Assembly: GCF_009914755.1 (NCBI RefSeq)
Contig: NC_060942.1
Length of the DNA stretch: 64,000 bases
Source of the DNA: the human T2T-CHM13v2.0 reference genome, Homo sapiens
Reading direction: 5' to 3' (one strand)
Each line of letters begins with the position of its first letter. Within the stretch, counting starts at the first letter, position 1. The notes beneath the pieces were generated by a model. That model did no database searches and was not told the origin of the DNA. It was given only the letters and a program-made list of their open reading frames with translations. This document shows positions 33,403 to 46,160 of this stretch, piece by piece. The translations under genes and the position numbers were made by a program.

Positions 33403-33699
33403 GCTAGGAACTTACAATATTTTATTTAATTACTGAACTGACCATGTTCATGTAAGAGTAAATATCATTATTCTTATTTTGCACCTGGGAAAATCAGGTT
33501 CACAAGAGGTTAATTAACTTGCCCCTCAAACCACACCACAGTGGGTGAGCAGGAGAGCTAGGATTCAGATGCAGGTCTCTGATTTGGAGGCTCCCGCCTT
33601 CACCACTGACCTTTCTACCATCAAGCCCTCAAGACTTATCCCATGCAAATCTCCTTTGTTTCTCTGCTTCCCATTGCTTTTAAGACAGTATGAATGAAA

Positions 33700-34490
33700 A
33701 TTTTCAGATGGTATGTTTATATGAAAAAATGTAGAGACCATGAAGGCCCATATACCACCATCCAGCTTGACAAATTCATCCACAGTCCCCTGCATATCAT
33801 TTCCCAATACCATTTGCCTCCCACCTCCAGAGAGGTAGGAACTAACTACTACCTGAACTAGGTTTTGTAATTTTTGTGTAACTCTTCATACTACTAAGGT
33901 GCTAGATGTACCCACAAAGGGCACACAGTCCGGTTTAGCAGGCTTTTAAACTTGTATAAATGATGTTATGCTGTGTACAATCTTCTGCAACTCCCCACAC
34001 TCAACCAGAGAAGCCCTGACTCATTCATGTTTAGTGCTATGTAGTATTGCACTGTGTGAATACACAGCAGTTAATTGATCCATTCCCCCATCCTGATGAA
34101 TAATGAGAATATTTCTCACTGTTTGTGAGCAATTACAAACAGTGCTCTTATGAACCTTCTTATGTAGAGTACAGACCCAGAAGTGGGGTGGCTGGGTAGA
34201 AGTGTTTGCATATCTTCAACTTTACCAGGTATTGCTATTGTTCTCCAGAATGGTTTTAGCAATTTACCCTCTCACCAGCACAGTATGTGAGTTAGAATTG
34301 CTTCATATCCTTACCAACCATGGTGTGTTCAGATTTATTTCTTTCGGTAGTAGTACCTTGAATAAATTTTAAAATAGTATCATATTATAGTTTGGATTTT
34401 TATTTCTCTGTATTTCCTTGATTACTCTGATTACTAGAGAGACTGACCTTCTTTTCATAGGTTGATTGGCTGCTCAAGTTCTCTCCTCTA
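33700..34490 (-). mobile_element. Old L1ME-like 3' fragment, antisense
   Basis: GTAGTATTGCACTGTGTGAATACAC..ATCCATTC, ACAAACAGTGCT..ATGAAC, TCTTCAACTTTAC..TTCTCCAGAATGGTT..AATTTAC. Confidence 0.6.
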
Positions 34491-34999
34491 GATAGCAGCA
34501 GTTCTCCCTTTTCATCTCAAGAATCCTCTATCCCTCTGGGCTCATCTTCTCTTAAGAAGGCTGCCTTTGCAAGAGAGGGTTATTATTCTTTCTTACTACC
34601 CTTTTGCAAGTGCCAAGTCCCCTGTGACTTAAGGGTTATGCTGCCAATTGCTCTGGAGAAAGTGGCAAGAGATTATATAAATAACAAAGAGAAGAATGTT
34701 ATGAGTGTCCCACAATCTTACAAAATTCTTACTTTTAAAACCTACACTTCTGGAGAAGGTTTCCCCTACTGGGATCTCTGGACCAGAACAATTGTTATGT
34801 TCTTACAAGGTTCTAAAGTTCTCTAGGGGAAAAATTAAATTTGTGTTTTCATTTTGCTCATAATCTTAAATTTATATTATATTAAGCATTTTCTGGACCA
34901 TCCTCATTTTTAGTACTGCTGTGTTATTAGATTGCCTATATTTCTGATCTTACAATCATCTTGGTACCAAGTGAGACCACTGAACAGAGATGGACCTAA

Positions 35000-35510
35000 T
35001 GGGTTCATCAGTTAAGATATTAAGTCTCTAATAACAGAATGCCCATCTAACAGTGGCTTTTAAAAAAGACACTTACTATCTTATATCAATAATCCTGGAA
35101 GTAGATGGTTCCAGAGCTGGTTCAGTGATTCAATGATATCATCAAGGACCCAGGTTCTTTCTATCCTTCTGTTCTGCCATCTGATGCATGTTGGCTTTGC
35201 AAACTCAGCTTTGTTTCCTCACAGTTGCAAGAGAACTGTGCATGTCCCAGGCATGCGATACTCATACAAGAAAGTTAAAGGGCAAGAAGCCAGGACAGGA
35301 CTGTGAGAAAGCTCATCAGAAAGAAAAAAGGAAATCTCTGCCCAGAGGTTTCCCAGTCAGACTTTTCTTTATACTCAAACAGGTCACAAGGCCACTCCCA
35401 GATGCAAAGGAAGCTGGGAAAGCCAATGTCTGGCATCCTTTGCCTCTAAGATAGAAGGTGAACTCTGCCCACTTGAAAGAAGGAGAGACGGATGACTTCT
35501 GGGTAAGTAA
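35000..35510 (-). mobile_element. MaLR LTR (MLT1K/L-like), antisense
   Basis: CAGTGGCTT..., GTTCAGTGATTCAATGATATCATCAAGGACCCAGGTTCTTTCTATCCTTCTGTTCTGCCATC, GGTCACAAGGCCACTCC..GCAAAGGAAGCTGGGAAA. Confidence 0.55.
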
Positions 35511-36074
35511 ATGACGCATTTGTCCTAAGTTAAAGCTATGTGTTGTCAATATCTACTGAAAAAAAGTGACAGTTTTGCAGTGGAATAAGTAGAGAAAACG
35601 GTGAAAGAAATTCAGTCATCATTCAAGACATGTTGCTATAAGCAAACCTAACTCAAAACACTGTGCATAGGTTCAGTAAAGTAGCATCTCCTCTACTTTA
35701 CCCCTGTCCCCAAACCCACAGACCCACCCTTTGATGCCATGTCAGACCCTGGCATGCTTAGGCAGTTCAAGTCTATGACTCAATCACCTTAAAGAAACAA
35801 ATTGTGTCTGCCTTCTTCCTCCTGCCTTTCCTGAGCTCCTCAGCTCAACTCCCTGGCCTCCTTGACCCCAGGTTTATGCACATATACATGAACTTCCTTC
35901 TAGCAAACCTGATCCCACCTGGCTTTAAATTGCTGTTAAGGTATTTCTTCCTTAGGACTTCATCTATGACCCCTCCCAGAGACTGCATTTCATAGAAAGA
36001 ATAGGACTACACAGGAGAAAGGGCATAACTTTGTAGTCAGACAGGATTAAAATCTTGACTCCAATACTACAGAT

Positions 36075-37720
36075 ATCAATAGAATAATAAGAGAATATTA
36101 CAAGAAACTTTATCAATAAATTCAACAACTTAGGTGAAATATACAGATTGTCTAAAAGACACAAATAACAAAAACTGGCTGAAAAAGAGGGAGAAAAATC
36201 TAGAGTCCTATATCTGTTAAAGAAATGGAATTAGTAATAAACAAACAAAAATTTGCCACAAAGAAAATACCAGAAAGAAATAACACCAGTCCATCAAAAA
36301 CTCTTTCAGAAAATAAAGAGGAAGTAATGCTTCTGAAACCATTTTATGAGAGCACATTACCTCTTGTACCAAAAACATAAGAAAACTGCAGTCTATCTCT
36401 TATGAAAATAGTCACAAAAATCCTTAACAAATAATTAGTAAATAGCATACAGCAACATATAAAAAGGCTAATATACCATGGCCAAGTGGGGTTTATATCA
36501 GAAATACAAGGTTGGCTTAATATTCAAAAATCAGGCTGGGCACGGTGGCTCATGCCTGTAATCCCAGCACTTTGGAAGGCCAAGGGGGGCAGATCACCTG
36601 AGGTCAGGAGTTCAAGACTAGCCTGGCCAACATGGTGAAACCCCATCTCTAATAAAAATACAAAAATTAGCTGGGTGTGGTGGTGGGTATCTGTAATTCC
36701 AGCTACTTGGGAGGCTGAGGCAGGGAGAATTGCTTGAACTCGGGAGGCAGAGGTTGCAGTGAGCCAAGAACGCATCGCTGCACTCCAGCCTGGGTGACAG
36801 AGCGAGACTCCATCTCAAAAAAAAAAAAAATCAATATAATTTATCATATTAACGGAATAAAGAATACCATATGTCTATCTAAACAGATCCAGAAAATGCA
36901 TTTGATAAAATTCAACACCAATTCATGATTTTTTAGAAAAATTACCAGCAAACTAGAAATAAAAGGGAAATACCTTAACCTGGTAAACAGCATCTGTGAA
37001 AAATTTAGAACTAACATCATACTTGATAGTAAAATATCGTATGCTTTTCTCCAAATATTGGAAACATTGCAAAGATATTCTTTCTTATCACCCCTATTTA
37101 ACCTTGTATTTGGGGGTCAAAGCTAGAGCAATAAGGCAAGAAAAAGAAATAAAAGTGTTAAAATAAGAAACAAATAAGCAAAAGTGCCTTTATGTGCATA
37201 GAACATGACCATGGACTTAGAAAATCCTAAGAAATCTATCTAAAAGCTACATACATCCACACAAAAACTTGTACACAAATGTTTATGATAACTTTTTTCA
37301 AAATTGCCAAAAACTGAAAAAACTAAATGTCCATCAATGGGTGAAAAGACGAACAAAACAGTAAAAAGAGACAAATAATTGATACATGCAAAAACATAGA
37401 CAAAATTTTAAAGACCACATGCTGAGTGAAAAAAACTAGAGACAGAAGAAAATATGTTGTATGCTTTTCCTTTTATGAAATACTAAGTAAGACAAACCTA
37501 ATCAACAGTGAATAAAGCAGATCAGGATTTGCCTGAGGATGCAGTGAAAATCAACTGGATAGAAACATCAGGAAACCTTTGGAGTCATGGGTAAATATCT
37601 TGATTATGGTGATAGTTACATGGATGTACGCATTTTTCAAAACTCATCATACTGTACATCTAAAATGTGTGCATTTTATTCTTTGCAAATTATATCACAG
37701 TGAAGTTGATTTTTAAAAAT
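36075..37720 (+). mobile_element. Old L1M ORF2 and 3' remnant (fragmented), interrupted by an Alu
   Basis: ORF2-like AATAAATTCAACAACTTAGGTGAAAT, CAAGTGGGGTTTAT..CAAGGTTGGCTTAATATTC, GCAATAAGGCAAGAAAAAGAAATAAAAG; L1M 3'UTR motifs 37250-37715. Confidence 0.75.
36534..36830 (+). mobile_element. AluS (Sx/Sq-like)
   Basis: Full dimer with poly(A); TSD AAAAATCA at 36526-36533 and 36826-36833. Confidence 0.95.
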
Positions 37721-38699
37721 TCTGTCCTCTTTGTTTACAGAGAGGCCTAGAGCAGCTGATTTATCCCTCAGAATCTTAATTTCATAAGATGACAATTCCA
37801 TAAGTATTTACTTGCAGATTTGCCATGATTATCTATCTAAGTATGGTACTTAAAACTGAGTAAGTAAGCAGTAACTTATTATTAATAAACCTGAAGACTC
37901 AAATAGACGAATCTCTAATGACAGGGCTTCAGATGTGATGAGAAGTTTGGAAAATACTTTGAGGCAGGAACTCTTGACCAGTCCTCTTCGTAATGGTCAT
38001 TTTCTCTAACGGAAAGTCCAATTTTCCCTAATGGCCCAGTAAATTGAGCCATTAATATCCTTCCTCCAAGATAACCCTAGGTTTGGAGTTTAAATGATAT
38101 ATTCTCATATTTTAAAAGAACTTTATTTCATTTGACTCCCATAGCTATCTTTGGAAGTGGGTAGATCGTGAACCATGTGACTCTAGAGTACAGAAAATTA
38201 AAGAGACTTGCCTAAGCCCACATACTTCAACCAAGCCTAAAATCAAGTGACTGAAGTATTTAGTACATTATCCAGAGAAGATGAGATGGGGTGGTGGGCA
38301 GGGGGAGATATGGAGGGGAGTTCTATTTTTGCAGAACATCAAAACAATCACTCTGTTTGAAACACTTTAGTAATGCGGGTCCATGTCCAAGGCCACAGAA
38401 AAAATTAGTGGCAGAATGAGATATCTCCTGAATCTCCCAGGGTGTTCTTCCTGTATCCCCTGCCTCCATCTCTCTCTCGAAAATGGTGATGGACCTGGTA
38501 CTTGCCCTTGACCTTCAATAGAGCTTAACAGCACAAGATGCTTTCCTCCCGTGCATTTTTTCCCTGCCTTTTCTGGGCAGCATGGTCCTCTGACCCACTG
38601 CATACTCCTGCCAGTGCAAGCAGCTAGGGCTGGTGAAGATCAGTGGACAGTTGGCCCAGCTGTTCTGGCCAGGGAGGTTGCCCCACTCCTGGCTGCCCA

Positions 38700-39135
38700 A
38701 CGGGAGTAGGAGGGACAGAGTAATTAATTTCTATGCATATCATTGCCAGGATCACTTACTGATCCGAGAAGGGAGATTAGAGATGTCACCCTGTAAATTG
38801 AGTCAGAGCCTTCGCCTCGGTGCTTGGCTGGCAATTTTACACAGTGCCTGACACAGTAACAAACGCAGGGTACAAAAAGGCAGCAGCTCCCCTGGGTGAT
38901 GGACGGGGGGAATTGGCCCAATAAATTGTTCCCTGTAAAAAGCCATGTTTCCATCATTAAAAGGCAGTGAATTCTCTATTGCTTTTCATTAGCTCTGGCC
39001 TTGCTAGACATGAGGTGTAATTGACAGTGTGGTTACAGGAGGTAGGCCCCGAGGTGAGGGAGACAAAGAAACTGAAAAGAGATTCTTATTTATTAAGGTG
39101 GAGGTGACAGGCGGCCGCTTAATAAGTTTTTGGCA
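38700..39135. promoter_or_regulatory. Candidate distal enhancer / conserved non-coding element
   Basis: No recognisable repeat. TAATTAAT (38721), AP-1 TGAGTCA (38799-38805), TAATTGACAG (39018-39027), TTTATTA, TGACAG (39105), retained CpGs including GCGGCCGC (39111-39118). Function is inferred only. Confidence 0.35.
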
Positions 39136-40744
39136 TCGGGGCCAGGAGTTGGGAGAGTGGTCGGATCCTCTGAGGGTCGATCCAAGGACATTCATTCTAC
39201 CCAGGAGAATAAAGAGCTGGTCAGACTCAAGGGAGAAGCTGGGGCCACCCTAGCAGGGCAGAGGCAAACCCTGGAGCACTGGGCAGTGGAGGCTGCTCAC
39301 AGCTGTCACCCCCACCCAGCTTAAGGGAATCATGAACACTGGACTGGGCTCAAAAGACCTGGGGTCTGGTCCTAGATTTCTCATTGACCAGACCACTAAG
39401 CAATTCTAGAAAAGTCACTATATCTTTCCAGGTTTCCATATCTCCACCTGAAAAATGGGAAGAATGAGGTCAAGTGAGACTTGCTCTCTGGGAAGGCATT
39501 TGGCGGAAGAGTAAAATACTGCAGACACACTTCTGATTTCTAGAATTGTTTTATTTTCTTAGTTTAAGCATAGAACCAAGAGTTTTTTCTACTGTGTGGG
39601 TTATAAGTGATTCTTCTCACTATGATTTTGATGTTCACGTTGTCCCAGAGGTGGTCCCTGGGAGCCTTGAGCTGGCCCCTGCATCTCCTCACAGGCCTCC
39701 TAGATTCTTGGAGCTTTACCTTACATCCCTGCACAACGAGATGTTCCAGGCTTATCTGATACATCCATTCCCTCCACACCCCAGCCCTGGCTCCTTTACT
39801 GGGTCAAAAGCAAAACAACTTGCATAGGAGCTGTCACTGCACATTTAGGAGTGAGATGTGGATCGCCTGTAGGACTCAGCCTCACATGCCACAGGATGTA
39901 AAGGGGTTGAAGTCAAAGTGACCAAGGATGTTTCTGGAAAGTGAGAGCTGTGGCTGTGCTATGAGTCCTACACCCACAGGCAGGTGGGAGGTGTGCTGCC
40001 CCCAGGAGCTAGGGGCACACTGGGCTTGAGCAATCACAGACAAGAGGCCAGGGTAATGGGGAGGTGAGAAGGCTCTGGCCCAGGGTAATGGGGAGGTGAG
40101 AAGATCACCTGTCTGCAGTTTTCTCCTGGGCCAGGTGTGGGCCCTGCAGGAGAGAGAAGCCCTGAGGTCTTTTTTATTCATGCCCCAGAGGACTGCCCAG
40201 AGGGACGGGACTGCCCAGAGGGACGAGACAGCCCAGCAGGGAGCAGGGGCTGTGGAGACCCTTCCCCTAGCACCATGGGGAAGGTGTACACGGCCAACTT
40301 GGTCACCTGATCAAATGTATCACCCTTCATAGGAAGTGCAGTCAAGGGTTCCCTGTGGGACCTTCATGAAAGTGTCCCTGAAAGGAATAATGAGTTCAGA
40401 ACATTGGCCAACTCAGAGACGGTCCATATGAAACGGTTTCCCGAGAGCAAAACAGCAAAGCCAGGTTACCCTGGTTCCAGATAGGCAAGACCTCCCCTTC
40501 CCTCTCCAGCCTTCTAGGGATCAGGAAGTGCCTCTAGGACCAGGTGGGGGGCCGGGAAGAGCAGCTGACCACAAACCCCCAACGTGTCCCAGCCAGTCCA
40601 GGCTGCCAAAGCCACCTGGGCTATAGGAGGGGAAGCGGGATCGAGTATTTAAACAGTCGTTTCCTGGACATTTTAATTACCCCATGAGATTACTCTTCTG
40701 ATGGGTTGGGTTGGAGAATACAGCTATTTCCTAGTCGAAGCCTA

Positions 40745-41179
40745 GTGAACTTGTTTCCTGGGGCTACTGTAACAAAGTCCTAAGACTGGGGGGCTTAAGC
40801 AAGAAACACTGTCTCACAGTTCTGGAGGCCGGAAGTCCAAAATTAAGGTGCAAACAGGGCCATGGCCCTCTGAAAGCACTAGCGAAGGATCTGACCCAGG
40901 CCTCTCTCCTCGCTCCTGGAGTCCTTAGGAGTTCCCTGGCTTGTGACTGGATGTCTTCTCTCTGTGCCTCTTCACAGTATCTTCCTCTGTATGTGTCTCT
41001 CTGTGTCTAAATTTGCCCTTTTCATAAAGATACTGTCAGATTATAGTAGGGGTCACCCTAATGTCCTCATTTTAACTTGATTACATCTGCAAAGGCTTCA
41101 TTTCCAAATAAGATTACATTCGTAAGTATTGGGGTTAAGACTTCAACATCTTTTGGGGGACATTATTCAAGCCAGAACA
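40745..41179 (-). mobile_element. MaLR solo LTR (MLT1B/C-like)
   Basis: GGGGCTACTGTAACAAAG..GGCTTAAGCAAG..TCTCACAGTTCTGGAGGCCGGAAGTCCAAAATTAAGGTG..TTTCCAAATAAG..GACTTCAACATCTTTTGGGGGACA. Confidence 0.8.
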
Positions 41180-41450
41180 CCTTGTATTACTGCTCATTTG
41201 ATAAACCCTTCCTTCTTGAGCACCTGCTGTGTCAGATGCTATGCTGGGCACTGGGATGATGAACACATGACCCAGGGAGACCCACAGTTGTGGAAAAACA
41301 CAGCAGGACAGTGATTGCTTTGGCGGAGTGGACCTGTGCTGCACCTAGCCGGGAGCATCGCTCCAGAGAAAGTGATTCTTGAGTTGAGTCTTTTCAAGTT
41401 GACTTTCAAGTTGATAGCTTTGAGTAGTCAGGCTAGGCTGGAGGAAGTGT

Positions 41451-41563
41451 TAGGGTGACCAGCTGTCCTGGTTTGCCCAGGACTAGGAGAGTTCTTAGGA
41501 TGTGAGATTTCCAATGCTCATGTTGGGAAAGTCCCAGGGAAACTAGGAAGAGTTGGTCACTTC
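41451..41563. mobile_element. MER94-like hAT-Blackjack MITE
   Basis: Terminal inverted repeats AGGGTGACCAGCTGTCCTGGTTTGCCCAGGACT ... AGTCCCAGGGAAACTAGGAAGAGTTGGTCACTT, about 113 bp. Confidence 0.75.
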
Positions 41564-41664
41564 AGACAGGGAAGACACCTGACTTCAGGAAGCAGAGACA
41601 GGTAATTGGCCTAAAATCAAAGGTAAGAGGAAGTAGAAAGCTCTTGTTGAAGCTCTCTGTGCAG

Positions 41665-41668
<4 letters not shown>

Positions 41669-41696
<28 letters not shown>
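41669..41696. repeat. Orphan poly(A)28
   Basis: 28 consecutive A with no SINE or LINE body directly upstream. Confidence 0.9.
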
Positions 41697-41698
<2 letters not shown>

Positions 41699-44600
41699 AG
41701 CAGTGTTGGCTGTAGTGTCTTGGGAAAACTTCAAGGGGGAGATGGAGCTTAAACCGGGCCTTTGAGGATGGGAGGATTTGGATGGGGGAGAGAGAGGGCT
41801 CTCCAAGTGGAAGAACAGAAGGAGCAATATACACGAGAGAGATTCGCACCTGTGGGAGCTTCAGATGTAAGATGAGGTACAATTCCTGTCCCTGGAGCTT
41901 AGAACCTTGTGGAATAAAGACGGAGCCATGCTGCGTGCAGAGACACTATTAGGGAGGCAGGGAGTGAGCCAGATCAGGGTCCACAGGAAACCAGGCACGT
42001 ACAGGCAAATGCTGGAAATGGTGGGCCATGGGGAGAGGGGCCCAAGTGCTCTCCAGACTCCTCCTGGGGAAAGCTTTGCTATGCTCCTATAGAATACCAG
42101 AGGCCAAGTTCGGGATTCTAATGAGGCTGAGGTCCCCCAGGGCTACAACCCACCGGGCAACTGAGAAAGGCCCTTTTCTTCCCTTCTTCCCTATTGACTT
42201 CATTCACCCTTCCTTCCACCCATCCAATAATTACTATGTGTCCATTACATTCCAGGCCACATACTAGGGGCCAGGAGCACAACAGTGAGTAAAAAGAGAA
42301 ATGGCCTCTACCCTCATAAAGCTGCAGCTCAGTGGGCGGAGGCAGACATTAATTAAATCCTCAGATAAATAAACATGAAATCACAAATAGGATCAGTGCT
42401 ATGAAGGTGAGGGCCAAGGCTCTGACGGGCATATCCAACTTGGTCTGGAGAGTCAGAAAGCAGGGATTGGGTCTGTCTGCCCAGGGAGCCTGCCCAGCAT
42501 AGCACAGAGAGGCACTCAATCAATGAAAAAGACCAAAGAATGAACCTGGGAACTGGGGAAGAGTTAGGATAGGATGCAAATGGTAAGAGCCCAGATCTTG
42601 CCTGTTTAGGAAAGAAATGTTAGCACATACAATCCAAAGATTCTTGAGAGGGAATACCTGATAATTCATCTGATTTTTTTTCCTGAACAATTTGTCCTCT
42701 TCCCACTTGGCTGTCCAGATAATTGGGGGAACCCAAGAAATTGGATCAAAAGCCATTTCCCCATAGTAAAGAGCATGATTCTCTCCACCAACATTTCTCT
42801 TTGGGTTTTCTTAATTCTATTCCTTTTCCTCTTCATTCTCCTACACAGGAATGCCCAAGAAGGGCCAGTCCAGATGCCTGGCACTCCACACCTTGTTGTC
42901 CTCAGAAGAAATACTGGCAAAATGGGAGCCTTAAAATTAAGTAGCAGGCAGTGTCCAATAATTAATTTTATTTTATTCCCATTGTTTATTTAATACAACT
43001 TTAAAACTACATTAAGAAGGCAGAACTGTGCAGTGTAGCATGAAAATGAGCTGGAAGCTTTCCAATTGGAGGCCAGGAATTAGCAAATTGGTCAGATGTG
43101 CAGGATGACTTCAACTAAGATGTAATCAAGAAGCCACACTTCTAATCGTTCATCAGCAAGAGATACTACCCCCAAAGCACTGGATTTCCTGATCCCTGGG
43201 CTGCAGGATGGCTTGCGGCCCCCAACCAGCCAGAGTGAAGACTATAGACTTCAACACCAGCTATAGATTTCCAAGGAGACTGCACTGGGGTATCCCTGAG
43301 CCATAGGCAGGGAGCAGAGATCTGTCCTGCTTCCCCTCATCCAGATGCCATTTGCTTCGGATTGCTTGCTGCCATCTGGAAGGAGGACCTTGAAAAGCCA
43401 CCCTGGACCTGGTCTCTGCAACTCTAGAGGTAAATGGGGAGCTCTGGGCATGAGGCAGAGCTGCCTCTGTTAGTAAGGGCTAGGTGCCTCTACGAAGCCC
43501 ATTTGTCTGTTACTATCTTGCCTGTTTGATTTCTGTGGCTTCCCTGGATCTGACCATCTTATGAGCTTCCTGACCCCCCATTTTACCTGAACCCTAAATA
43601 CAACTTTCACCTGCCTCTCCCTTGCTCCCTAGGAATTCCTGGGAGCCTGACCAGAGCCTGCATGTAAATCCCACCCCTACTCAGTCCCCTTCTGATGTCC
43701 ATTCACGACATACGACTCTCTGAGCCTTTATGCCCACTCTACCTCCTGGCACCTTGGTCTTATGGTCTACAATGGGCGTTAGTGCCTGGCTTGACTGCCT
43801 GGAATCTGACTCACTTCCTAGTCACCTGGTCCAAAGCCCTCAGCACTGCCTCAGCTACCAGCCTCCCAGCCCCATCTCACTCTCATCTTGACCTCCTACT
43901 CTGGGCTTTCAGCCTTCTTCCATCTCTTTTTTTCCTGGCTTCTCACCTGCTTTTACAACCTCCTGCCCCTGGATTTGCTGTGGTTAGTGTCTGCCAGGAG
44001 CAGTCACATCCTGCCTGGATCCTCTAGCTCAGTCACTTGACAGCACCCCTCCCTTTCCTGCCACACATGCTCAACCTCAAGCAAGGCTGTCCTCTCAGTA
44101 ATGCATTCACTAAGAAGTCCAGATGCCCCTAGGACAGCTCCACTGTGGGGCCTGGACCTCAGTTAGCATTCAGGGCCCTGCTATTTATAAGGAGGGATTC
44201 CTGTCAATGCCTCCTTCTGCATCTCCTGTTGCTCAGCTGCTGTGTAAGCCAGCTCCAGCATTCCCTCCCCTCATCCCCTGGCTGTCCTGGTGCAGGCTGG
44301 CCTATTGCTCTTCCTTATGTGTTCTTGACACTGTCTTCTTCTCATTGGCTGCAACTGGTGTCCAATCCCCACCCACAGAGCCTCTCCCTAGGGAGATGTA
44401 AGTTTCAACCTCCCTGACTCCACCTAGTCCAGACGACCAACTGGGCAATAATATTTAGTCAAAACAGTGTTTTCTAATGACCAATTTCTATGCCATCAAT
44501 CAATAAGTCTATAGTATTGAACTAAACTAATGAAAAATGTCATAGAAAACACTTGGCCCATTGATTTTTTTCCGCCTCTGTTACAATTAGAGAACAATAG

Positions 44601-44843
44601 AAGGTCACATACGATCGAAGGCTAGATCATGTGTAAAGGACTCTGATAGGCAAAGAATTAAGAGAAGGAAGAGGAAAGTCAGCGTGGGCTTCATCGGACA
44701 GATGCAGTTTAAGAGATCTTTGGGGCTCTAGCTTTTACTATCTGTGCAATTAGAGACAGGGTATTTAGTCTATTTCTTTTTCTTACCTAAAATAGGACTG
44801 ACATGATTGATTCGTATGAGGATATGAAACCAAAGAAATTTTT

Positions 44844-45122
44844 GGCCGGGCGCAGTAATCCTAGCACTTTGGGAGGCCAAGGCAGGTGGATCACCTGCGG
44901 TCAGGGGTTTGAGACCAGCCTAGCCAACATGACAAAACTCCGTCTCTAGCTAAAAATACAAAAATTAGTGGGATGTGATGGCGCATACCTGTATCTCAGC
45001 TATTCAGGAGGCTGAGACAGGAGAATCACTTGAACCCAGGAGGCGGAGGTTGCAGAGAGCTGAGATCACGCCACTGCATTCCAGCCTGGGTGACAGAGCA
45101 AGACTCTACCTCAAAAAAAAAA
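44844..45122 (+). mobile_element. AluS (Sx-like) with a small deletion in the A-box region
   Basis: GGCCGGGCGCAG joins directly to TAATCCTAGCAC (GGCTCACGCCTG missing); the rest of the dimer and poly(A) are present. Confidence 0.92.
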
Positions 45123-45129
45123 TTATACA

Positions 45130-45840
45130 AATTTACTTATTCATTTTCAATCATTTAAACATTTATTGAGTATCTTCTATGCCCCAAAGTATTGAACCTA
45201 GGGTTATGAAGATAAATAAGACACAGTTACTCAAAGAACTTGCAATCTAAAAAGGGAGACTGTAGACACTTAAAGAGAGTCTGTGTGATAATAGACATAT
45301 GCAAAAGTCATTATGGGAGCAAACAGGAGGGAGGTGGGGAGCAGAGACAAGATGGGAAGTCTCCCTGGAGGTGAAGATGACTGAGATGTGGTGGAAATAT
45401 ATGTGGCTTAGTCAGACAAAAGGGGATAGAAGAGCTCCCCAGACAGAAGGAGCAGCATGAACAGAGGCTTGTGGGAGGGGAACAACTTGGGGAGTGCATG
45501 TTTGTGTGTGCATGGACATGAGAGAATTATAATCCCATCAAGAATTTTTAGAGCCTAACGTTAAAGGCAGAAAATAATGACAGATCAGTCCAAAGCTAAG
45601 TAGTGTCCTAAGTCACATATTAAGAAGCTGGGAATTTACTTACTCATGGGAAATGGGGAATTGCTCCATACTTTAAGCAGAGGAATGGCATGGTCAGATT
45701 TGGTGTTAGAAAGCTCTTTAGGCCTAGAGGATGGGGGAAAGGATTAGAGGGAAGCAGGCTTTGAAGCAGGGAGACAGGAGGAAGGGCTGAGCAGTGATCC
45801 AACTGAGGGTCATGAGGACCTGAGCAGGCGAAGGCCCAAG
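45130..45840. mobile_element. L2 remnants
   Basis: CATTTAAACATTTATTGAG..., AATAAGACACAG, TTTAAGCAGAGGAATGGCATGGTCAGATTTG are typical L2 3' region motifs. Confidence 0.6.
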
Positions 45841-45849
45841 AGCCTGGTT

Positions 45850-46160
45850 ATAGGTCAGAAGATAGCATAGAAAGACAGAAGGATGGAAAATACAGAGAAG
45901 CATGCAGGAGCCCCTTGGGACATGGTGACAAAATTAACTTCACTGTAACTGGAATACCAGAGCGCAGAAAATCTTTAAAGCAGCAAGAGAAAAGAAGAAA
46001 TATTACCTTCAAAGAGCAGCAGTAAGACTTATAGCCAACTTCTCGACAGAAATAATGGAAGCCAGAAGATAGAGAATGATAGATTCAAAGTCCTCAAAGA
46101 AAACAACTGCCAACACAAAATTCCTACAATGACTATATCCTTCAAAAACAAAGATGGAAA
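45850..46160 (+). mobile_element. Old L1M ORF1 fragment
   Basis: AAATCTTTAAAGCAGCAAGAGAAAA..ACCTTCAAAG..GACTT..ACTTCTCGACAGAAATAATGGAAGCCAGAAGA is a remnant of the ORF1 'LKAAREK..TMEARR' region. Confidence 0.6.
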
